20,711 bases of DNA from Spirogloea muscicola (lineage: Eukaryota): the NCBI GenBank assembly GCA_009602725.1, contig WELB01000026.1:534530-555240 (forward strand), read 5' to 3'. A program made the translations under genes and the position numbers. The notes under the pieces were generated by a model, which did not search any database, was not told the DNA's origin, and worked only from the letters and a program-made list of their open reading frames with translations. Positions 12,232 to 20,711 of this stretch are shown in pieces (position 1 is the first letter of the stretch; every line of letters starts with the position of its first letter).

Positions 12232-12665
12232 TGAAAAGGGGCTCTTCCAAAGGGGGTGAGGATCATTGAAAGCCAGCCCATAAAAGCTTGGACAATGGAC
12301 AATGTTCAAATGGCTGAAACGGTGCTAAAACCACACAGCTATGCGAGTGGCTGCAGCGAATGGAAGCTTAGTAACCCTGAGTCTGTAAAATAAAGTCGGA
12401 GTAACTTGCAGCTGGAAAAGAGTCACCCCGACGTATCCCAGAAGCAGCAGTCACGCAAGGCCTGCCCGCAAGTGCACTGCATGAGCCTGGCAACGCTAAA
12501 ACGAGGTGAAGAGCGGCATGCGGGCACACCTAGGCAAGCGATTTGGCTGAGCTGAAGCCGGGCAGCTCACTTTGCTGTCCCTGACAAAATGTGATGGCCG
12601 GCCGTGCAAGCTGCTGCAGGAGGTGTAGCCACCGACTGCCTAATGCCCCGAGCACGTCCACCGCA
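12232..12665 (-). mobile_element. CRE-like 3' end, degraded (copy I)
   Basis: AVDVLGALGSRWLHLLQQLAR, then after stops and frameshifts QAHAVHLRAG...ASGIRRGDSFPAASYSDFILQTQGY* (stop 12368-12370), then a UTR with atgggctggc..cctcacccc..ggaagagcc. Confidence 0.75.
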
Positions 12666-12689
12666 GAGGCCTCCATGAAGAAGAAGCAA

Positions 12690-13002
12690 CTCCGCCAAAG
12701 GAGAGAAGACTCTTCCAGTAGAGTGCAATGGGCTGTGATTGGCCAGCCCAGGAAAAGGATGAACAAAGTCCGAGGGGGCCAGGAAAGCGCTGTAGAACAC
12801 AAGCGCTAAGCACTGCGACCCAAGTGGCCACTGGGTGCTCAGAACCTCCTAGTGAGCAGCCGTCGGTCAGAGGTATTTTTTCCGGGTAGCGGGTCCTACA
12901 GCAGTGGAGTCATGTACCCAGAGGCTGTAGCCAAAGCGCGAACGTCACGCAGATGCAACGCATGTGCCATTGATAGCTGCAGCGATACTGAGAGAAGTGG
13001 CA
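12690..13002 (-). mobile_element. CRE-like 3' end (copy J)
   Basis: LSVSLQLSMAHALHLRDVRALATASG...SDRRLLTRRF* (stop 12839-12841) plus a UTR homologous to 910-1020. Confidence 0.75.
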
Positions 13003-13516
13003 CTCCCAATGGGGGCAATGGGCGCATCATTGCTGATGTGGTCACCACTGATGCGGTCGACCGCTCCAACCCGGGGCTCTCTGCCTCGCGGGCTGGCCAC
13101 GCTGCGGCGAAGGCCGCTCGCAGCAAGGCGGCCAAACACGCCGACCACCCGGCTGCAGATGAGTTCGTCCCCCTGGCTGTGGACGTGCACGGGGCTCTCG
13201 GGTCCCAGTGGCTCGACCTGCTGGCCAGGCTTGCGCGGCGCGCTGTGTCCCGCAGGCTCCGTGAGCCGGCTGACTTCAACGCCGCTGGCTCGTGGGCCCA
13301 GGTATACCGCATGCGATTGTCAGTCTCCCTTCAGCGGTCCATGGCCCACGCCTTGTATCTGCGTGCTGGCCGTGCTCTCGCTGCGGCCTCAGGCTTTCGG
13401 CAGGGGGATAGTTTTCCGGCAGCTAGTTTGTTGCATTTGAGGCTCCTCACTCGTAACTACTGAGTGGTCCATCCTCCCCCGTTCTGACACAGCATCTTCA
13501 GGCCCCTTCGATCTTG
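13003..13516 (+). mobile_element. CRE-like non-LTR retrotransposon 3' end with open RLE C-terminal frame (copy K, best preserved)
   Basis: IIADVVTTDAV...AGHAAAKAARSKAAKHADHPAADEFVPLAVDVHGALGSQWLDLLARLARRA...YRMRLSVSLQRSMAHALYLRAGRAL...LRLLTRNY* (stop 13461-13463). The PD motif and the reverse transcriptase are absent (5' truncated). Confidence 0.82.
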
Positions 13517-13560
13517 AGAGGCGCATGCGATACACCTGGGGCAAGCCTGCCGCGTTATGA
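13516..13560 (-). mobile_element. Short inverted internal fragment of the same element (copy L)
   Basis: Minus strand NAAGLPQVYRMRLS versus NAAGSWAQVYRMRLS in copy K. Confidence 0.65.
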
Positions 13561-14042
13561 TGCCTGCTCCAGAAAGGGGTGAGGGTGGTGACCGTTTCGA
13601 GCTGGCCTGCGATGTGGTCATCAACACCGTCTGTATGCACCTGGCTGGCCTTTACAGCCGCTCTTCTGATATCAGCAGCCGCACATCCTCATTTCGTCAA
13701 TTTTTTGATGTGGGTCTCTCGCGGTTAGCCGCCATGGATACCCGCGTTCAGTTGGACTCCCACCCCCCCCGTAAATGTCCATTCTTTACACTCGCGTTTG
13801 GCCGAGCTCTGCATTGGCTTGGTCTGGCCTCCCATGTCGGGCGCACCGTGCGCTATTTCCTCCCGCCCGAATGCAGCCGCAGTAACCCTTAGCTTACCGG
13901 CTCTATCCCGACGGCCACGCAATTTCCTTCCTAGCCGCGCCAAGTGTCAAGCAGACATGTGGCACCCGCGCCGGGCGCCTCCTCCCCCGCCACCCCCCCC
14001 CCCTCCAGCCCCTTTTAGCATAGGGATTCGATGTACGCTGCC

Positions 14043-14285
14043 CCACTAGCTTTACGCCTGAACATCGTGTACTGGCTGTGGCTGAGATTGGCTATCCTTT
14101 CAATTCATGCGCACCGCGCGCCTTCGCCCCTACAAGGAAATCAGTGGGCCCCCCCTCCGGCTTCGTTCTATGTAGCCCCACTTTTTGCACTATCTTTCGC
14201 CCGAACAACGTCTTGATTGAAATTGGCCACCCTTTTAATTCATGCCCACCGCACGTCCTCTCCCTCCTCCACAATTAGTGGGCCC
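14043..14285. repeat. Two diverged ~100-bp direct repeats in the NCL proximal promoter region
   Basis: 14043-14150 and 14188-14285 share cacta.cttt..gcc.gaaca.cgt, tga.attggc.a.cctt..aattcatgc.caccgc.cg and aat.agtgggccc. Confidence 0.8.
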
Positions 14286-14427
14286 GCTAGACTCACTCCC
14301 CCCCCCTTGGCACAACGCGGCAAGACCCACCCCCCCGCTCCCTGGCCCTGGCCCCGCGCCGCGCCGCGCCGCTGAGGCTCAAAGCTCCGCCGCCTCCTGG
14401 CCGGCGGCGACGCCAGTGCGCGCCGCC

Positions 14428-17400
14428 ATGGCGGACGTCGAGGCGCAGGCTCCCGGGCCGCTCCGGCCCCCGCTCCTCCGCAGGCGGCTGCTCGCCAGCC
14501 CGGCTGCCTGCGCCTCCGCCGTCGCCCTGCTCATCGTCCTGGCTCTCCTTCATAGCCGAGGAGCCACGCCAGGTCGTTACCAGCTCTACGGCCTCTCCTT
14601 CTCAACCCCCTGCCGCAAGCATTGATCGTGTGGACGCTGCCGTCAAGCTTGACCCTGCAGAGGCTGGCTTGGAGCCCTCATCAGAATCTCTGAGCTTCTT
14701 TTGTGTCCGCTGGTCCTCTTGCTGATCCCCTGCTGGACAAAGTATTCCAACGTCTTTGCGGAGAATGTTAAGATTAAGCTTCATTCTCCTGTTGGACTGT
14801 TTCTGACCCTGTGCACAAATGTGACTGTTTCAGGTAATCCAGACCTGCAGGCTACTCGCAGAGAGCTCGCTGATGTGTCTCCACCTGTTATAGAGATCAG
14901 AGATAGCAATACCTCTACAAACATGCCGCACATGAATACCAGCTCATCAACGGTGAGCTCAGATGTCTCACAACATAGCCGCTACTTACACCCTGCCTAC
15001 TCCCACCTTAATGGCTCCCAGGAATAGGTATCTTGTGCTTCTGAGAAGCTCTGCGCCTGCGGCTGTAGTGCGACACACAATCAAGTATGCATTACGTCAG
15101 ATCTTGTGCCAAGATGTCAGCTGCAGATAATTCCCTCTCTTAAGACTTCCTTGTCTGACCGTGTTGAAGAGGAGAGCAGGCATTGTGCAGTCTAGAAGCG
15201 GTGTAGGTTTGTACATTGATACAAGTTGCACGGTAGTCATTATGGGTGCGATGAAGAGCAGCTGTTGGCATACATTCATCCTTCCACAGGGCGAGCGGTG
15301 TAAGGAGCCATATGGTGGCCTTCCTTGTTCTACAACTGTTACTGGCAATATTTTTCTCATGGTTGCATATGGATTCCTTCTATTGGTGGCTGCCAAGCTC
15401 ATCTCAGATGGCAGCGAGCTTCTCCTCCAGGTCTTTGGCTTGCAAACTCTTTGCGCAGCTTCGTGAAACTTTTGCACTTGTACTTTCAGATGCATCTTCA
15501 CCAACATTCAGTCAATGGTCTGTGATCCGAGGAAGCTGCAGTTACTGGCATGCCAAACTATTGCTTTTGTCATGACAACTTAGGCTGCCTCTTGCTTGCC
15601 GAGCAGCGCAGACGGTTCTTAACAAATTAAAGCTGTTTGGGGCGCGACTATGTGTTGTAGGTTCTAAATCCTGGACTGATTGGTGGACTGTTATTGCCAA
15701 TTCTTGGTGCCTTTCCAGACTCCCTGTTGATTGCGGTAGGCTTCTGGGTCTGACTCCCTGGATTATTATCAAGCGTCAGTCTGCATGGTCCTCAGAGTCT
15801 GTTCAGTCCAGCTATCAAACTTGCACAACATGCTTCTCAAGCTGGTTGCAGCCTAAGGTGACCAATCCAATCACCTTGCAGGTCTCTGGATTGGGGGGAT
15901 CCAAGGAGGAGGCTCAGGACCAAGTGCTGGTTGGCATGGGTGTCCTGGCAGGAAGCACCATCATGATATTAGCACTTGCCTTTGGCGGTTCCCTCCTGGC
16001 TGGAAGGTGTGACCTCACTGGACCAAATGGAACTGCTCAGGATCGAACACTCACCAGAGGCTGGAGTCTCAGGGGCACTGGTGCGACTATAGCCTTCCTC
16101 CTACAGCCTTAGCTGCTCCTGTGCCCCACGTTTGCCAGCTGCCCCTCTGCCAGTTGCCCCTCACCCTGACTTTGTCTCTATCCCTGTGAAAGTTTGCAAC
16201 TGCAGTATGACGTTGGACTTTCTTCTGGCAGGGATCACTGTTGACGCTCAGACGAGGTGGGGTGCGTGGATTATGATTATTACAATCCTCCCTTACATCG
16301 TTGCGCAGATCCCACTAGTAGATCACCGTAAAAGTCAGGGCAAAACCGCTGCCCTGGTCGGCTTCCTCATTGCCTTGGTAGGGCTTTGTGCCTATTGTGC
16401 ATACCAGGTGGGACCCCCAAGCCCAACCTGTGCCACATGATGTCACCCTTTCGTAGAATGCAGTATTGCATAACGTCATGCAGTCCCGTCCTTTGATGTT
16501 GTTCGAGAATACCATGAAGGGGCAGTCTGCAAAAATTCCAACTTTCAGCTCGGTGCAAACAAAAAATAAGCTGCGTAATGCTGACAGGATGGATGACTTG
16601 CACATTGGGAAGTCATCGGGCCGCGGATGCTGTTGCTTTGCATCATACAGAGTGCAGGCCTCATACAACCATTTTCACTACTTGGCAGGTGACATCGCCC
16701 TGGCTTCAGCAACGCAAGATTCAGCATGCTAAGTTGCACTACATGCGTGCAATGGCTGTCAAGGAGATGCACAAAATGGCGACCAATGAGTCTTGGGGGG
16801 GGCTCCTACAGCCTGATGGAGGACCAAACGATGAAGCTATGAGGAAGCTTTTTGCACATTTTGATGAAAACCACGACGGCGTTCTTTCTTACCAGGAGCT
16901 CAGGGGACTCATTGTGGGACTTGGGATTAAGAGCAAGGTAACAGCATGTTGCAGCAGGGTCTGATCTGGGGGCTCTTGATGGAGCTTCGGCAGTTTGATG
17001 ATTGGCCCTTCTTCTTCCTTCTGATCTATGTACTATGGAGCTTTTGCATCTTATTGTGGGTATAATTTGATTGACTGCGCTGTTGACCTGACAGGGTGAG
17101 ATTCCTGATGAGCAAGAGGTCACGACGTGGCTTACAGACTTTGACCGGGATAGTGATAACATGCTCTCTGAGGTACGATGTCCGAGCATGAAGATCACTT
17201 GACTTCGCTTCACTGACCACTTTTACCGACCTTGATTGCACTGGCGGAACGGCTGATATCACGTGAATGCTCCTGCCATCGACCAGGATGAATTCGTTTG
17301 TGGGCTTAAGCGATGGATGAGCCGCATCGGCAGCCAACCAATGCAACGACAGAACCGCTTCAGCTCCGCAATACCCTTGTATAAGATCACCTCCATCCTG

Positions 17401-18739
17401 GGTCCCAGAGTATTAGCGATGAAGTGGCTCGTGCAAAATGCTGGCACTGGGGAGCACACGCTGACAAGATGTGCTTGAAAACGCGCCACTTCAGATAGTC
17501 TGGTGCTTTTGCTTGTGCCACAAGCTCAGAAATGCACTCTGATGTAGCCCTCAAGTGGCACAAACTTTTGCAAGACTCTGCTTTGTCAGCTCATGTCTGA
17601 CCATGGGTGAACCTTACCTTCTGTACTCCTGCTTGGCAGGATCGAGCAGCAGCACCAGCAATTTGCTGGGCATGCAGAGGATGCCAAGTCGACACTTTCC
17701 CTTTTGCAAATGGAGGCATCCCAAGATGAGGAAGATGAGGAGGAAGACAAAGAAAAAGCCTCCAAGCCCAAAACTGTTGGACAAATTTATCGGCAGGTCT
17801 GGTGGGAAGGGCAGTTGTTGGCAAGGTTGCATGCTCACAGTCGTGGCCGAGCAGTAGGTGCAGGTGTTGCAGCCTTGAAGAATCGGGTATTGGACTTAAT
17901 GCACTTGATTGAGGCTATTATGAGTTGCATGAGTGAAAGCAAGTATTGAATACTGCAGGCAATAATTCTCCTGGGAGCAGGCGTTGCAATTGTGTCAGTC
18001 TTTGCTGACCCAACAGTGGACTCTATCAATGGCTTCTCAAAGTGGGTACAATCGTCTGACACCTGCTTGTGATTCTACTCATGTAGTCAGCATTCGATGA
18101 AATTGTTAGGAGAGAGATGCTCGTTCACGAATATCATGCAAGGATGCAAGGACTTAACCCTCAACATATGAAGTTGGCAAGGCTGATGTTCTCTGCCCGC
18201 TATGCTGCCCAGGGCTTCCGGCATCCCTCCCTTCTTTGTCGCCTTTGTGGTCTCTCCGCTGGCCTCCAATGCCAGCGAGTTGGTCTCCTCCATCCTCTTT
18301 GCGATGAAGAGGCGCAAGAGAACGGCATCTCTTACTTACAGCCAGATCTACGGAGCCATCACGATGAACAATACCATGTGAGTTATGTTTTCAGCTTGAA
18401 CTGGCACTCAGTCTTTCTGCACTGTGTTGCACCGCAAGCCCGCAATCGTACTCAACATCTCTTCATCTCTACCCTCTTATCTGCAGCACATGCTTTTCAT
18501 CGCCGTTGTGCGATCCCTGCAGGTGCCTGGGCATCTTCCTTGTGATTGTGTATTTGCGTGGGCTCACATGGGATTTCTCCAGCGAGGTGACCGTGATCAT
18601 TGCGTCCACTGTCATCGTCGGCATTATTGGCGGGACGCGGACGACATACCCCCTGTGGCTTGCCATCCCCGTGCTTGCCCTCTACCCGCTTGCCATTGCA
18701 GTCGTTGCCGTTCTCGACTACGTTTTCCACTGGCACTGA
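14428..18739 (+). CDS. NCL: Na+/Ca2+ exchanger-like protein with EF-hands (NCL/EFCAX family, CaCA superfamily), multi-exon
   Basis: Hydrophobic N-terminus from gccATGG at 14428. Exons encode CKEPYGGLPCSTTVTGNIFLMVAYGFLLLVAAKLISDGSELLL, PGLIGGLLLPILGAFPDSLLI, SGLGGSKEEAQDQVLVGMGVLAGSTIM, the EF-hands FDENHDGVLSYQE and FDRDSDNMLSEDE, FADPTVDSINGFS, PPFFVAFVVSPLASNASELVSS...YGAITMNNTMCLGIFL, and YLRGLTWDFSSEV...LDYVFHWH* (stop ends 18739). Confidence 0.93.
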
Positions 18740-19697
18740 GAAAGGGCAATCAGCCCTGGCCCCTAGGCACAGCTGCTTCTTCTGCCTGCACCACCTCTCC
18801 TGAGCCATGGCAGCTGATCTTGTTCCTTACTCCGTTTGGCTTACTTTTAGGCCAACTTAGACCACCACTTGCGCCCCCTTGGTTGCCCGCCACGAATATG
18901 CAGCTGTAGAGCGGCATTGCCCCGTGCTCTCATTCCTGCTCTACTCTGCGGGCTTGTATGGCTTGTTGACTTACTCCTGACAAGATCCCGAGTCTTCGTC
19001 CAGCAGCTGGAGTTCCTCAAGTGCGGTTGACCTCTGCATGGTTGCCTGCGCTCCACTGCAGCTGCTTTCACTGTTGCTGCTCCCGCCTGATAGCGCTGCA
19101 TATGGCCACTTGCTGCATCTTAAACCTTCACTTGTGTCTGTGTGTGGCGGTGGCTGCTGCAAATGCATGAGAGTCTCGGAGCATTTTGCGATGGATATGC
19201 AAGGAGTTGTCCACGTAGCCTGCCCATCACCACAGCCCGCCTGTCAGTTCTTGATGTTTGAGCAACAGTGGCATTGCAGTGGTCTGATCAGGAGCAGTTT
19301 TGAGACGTGACTGCTTGTGATGAACTTGGACAAAGTGACAATCGCTATTGGTACACAAGGCTGACCTGGCGGCTAGTGCCATGCCTGTGCAACATAGCAG
19401 AAAGCTTGATGTGCATTTGGAGCCCGCAGATGGGAGCCGCCTGCCTTGCGAGGGGGCCAGCGCACTCAACCCCGGCCCATGACTGATTTGCTTTGCAGTC
19501 GTGCTAAATGCTTCGTTGCTTATAAGCTGCAGAGTGCACTGACGGAACATTCTAAAGACAACCACCAGCATGCTTGATAAGATGGCTCCATTTCCTGACC
19601 CTTGTAAGGCAGCCACGCTTACCTGGGTAATGCCAGAGGACTCCAGCAAACTTGTTGAATACACGACGGGCACAATTGAGTGGAGACAGTGTCATTG

Positions 19698-20711
19698 CTA
19701 AGGTAAGTTGAGCAATGGTGAGCAACCAGGATGCACACAGAGCAATGGTGTACCATGGCACATGCCCATACCATGACACATGAAAGAGACAGACTGACGC
19801 TTGGCAAGACAGGTGTGGTAATGGCCAAATACAAGGCCGCTTTGCGGTCTGTAATCTGTACAATCTGCTTTGCCAGAAAGGGCACTGGCAAGCAGCGGCT
19901 CTGCTGTTGCTACTTCTGTCCTGACGGGCAGCACTGCAGGCTTTAATAGATCAACTGCGTATGCGTCAACGCCAGGCAGCGCAGGCAAGGGCATCCTACT
20001 GTGGCTAATACTGCTACTAGTGGAGGTGCTTGGGAAAGAGGGCTGGTCAGAGCTCTCAGAGGTTGGCTGCAGCGGTGAGCTGGCCGTCGGCGACGTGGGC
20101 GCCGAGGGAATGGAGGACGCGGCCGACGAGGGTGTCGTGGTAGGAGAGCGCACGACAATCCACGGGTCGCCACCGTCGTCTGGCCAGCTGCCGGAACCTC
20201 CGAAGCTGAGGGCCAAGTCGGGGATGTCGATTGCCGGCCGCGGGGCTTCGAGGCCCCAGCCGCGGTGTGGCGGTGAGAAGGCGAGCGTTGCAACAGCGGC
20301 GGTCGCGTCGACGTGACCGCTGTGAGTGGAGGACGAGGCCCAGCTGGCGGCGCTTGTGTCGAGGACGCTGACAGGGCTGACTGGTACAGCCTCTTTGGCG
20401 GCTGTGGCCGTCGGTGGCGCGGCAGTGGCAACGAAAGGATGCGCCAGGAGCTGGTGGGCGGTCCAGCGCTCAGCGGGGTCGCGGCGGAGGCAGCACGCTA
20501 GGAAGTCGGCAGCGGCTGGCGATGCGGCGAGCGCCGGCGGCGTCGGGGGGACGGCGTCGCCGGCGCCGATGGCGTAGAGTGCGCAGAAGGGGTCGCCGGC
20601 AAAGGCAGCGGGCCCCCAGGGCGGCGCGCCGGTCGCCAGCTCGATGACCGTGCACCCGAGGCTCCAGATGTCGGACGGGGGGCCCCGCGGCGCCGTCGCC
20701 GCCGTGGGCGG
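19698..20711 (-). CDS. MAP kinase kinase kinase (MEKK-like, resembling the MAPKKK15-21 type), partial; 5' end lies beyond the window
   Basis: One open frame from 20711 to the stop at 19698: SDIWSLGCTVIELATGAPPW...ALYAIG...DFLACCLRRDPAERWTAHQLLAHPFV (kinase subdomains IX-XI), then SPVSVLD and W...WIVVR motifs. The true 3' end is uncertain if an intron starts after ~20000. Confidence 0.88.
   Translation of the reverse strand, partial: PPTAATAPRGPPSDIWSLGCTVIELATGAPPWGPAAFAGDPFCALYAIGAGDAVPPTPPALAASPAAADFLACCLRRDPAERWTAHQLLAHPFVATAAPPTATAAKEAVPVSPVSVLDTSAASWASSSTHSGHVDATAAVATLAFSPPHRGWGLEAPRPAIDIPDLALSFGGSGSWPDDGGDPWIVVRSPTTTPSSAASSIPSAPTSPTASSPLQPTSESSDQPSFPSTSTSSSISHSRMPLPALPGVDAYAVDLLKPAVLPVRTEVATAEPLLASALSGKADCTDYRPQSGLVFGHYHTCLAKRQSVSFMCHGMGMCHGTPLLCVHPGCSPLLNLP

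Noticed and set aside
12852..13463. 203-aa ORF as a stand-alone host gene
   Set aside because: Its first ~50 codons are the antisense of copy J and the rest is copy K. It is a chance fusion of two retroelement fragments, and it lacks an ATG start.
13557..13892. 111-aa plus-strand ORF next to the retroelement cluster
   Set aside because: No recognisable RT, nuclease or other motif; it cannot be assigned.
13975..14012. C-rich tract encoding a poly-proline run or forming a G-quadruplex on the minus strand
   Set aside because: Simple low-complexity promoter sequence with no evidence of coding or structural function.
18740..19697. Short ORFs between NCL and the MAPKKK
   Set aside because: No recognisable domains; best explained as convergent 3' UTR or intergenic sequence.

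Overview
Eukaryotic nuclear DNA with spliceosomal GT-AG introns and very GC-rich first exons. The plant-type genes and plant-like mitochondrial fragments suggest a streptophyte (green alga or early land plant); this is inference. Four protein-coding genes are present: RNA polymerase common subunit RPB6 (+, 2475-4273, 6 exons), a ZRANB3/AH2-type SNF2 helicase with a C-terminal HNH nuclease (-, about 4972-11801), an EF-hand Na+/Ca2+ exchanger-like NCL/EFCAX protein (+, 14428-18739), and the 3' part of an apparently intronless MAPKKK (-, 19698 to beyond the window end). The most unusual feature is in the two upstream intergenic regions (1-2222 and about 12050-13560). Each is packed with short, diverged, 5'-truncated 3'-end fragments of one family of CRE-like (restriction-like endonuclease) non-LTR retrotransposon, about 14 fragments in total. 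I recognised none in the introns or in the two tail-to-tail intergenic regions. The gene-proximal copies all point away from the gene, and several copy/copy junctions fall just after the same 3'-UTR motif. One copy is split by a chimeric mitochondrial insertion (nad4 piece + filler + inverted cox1 piece).
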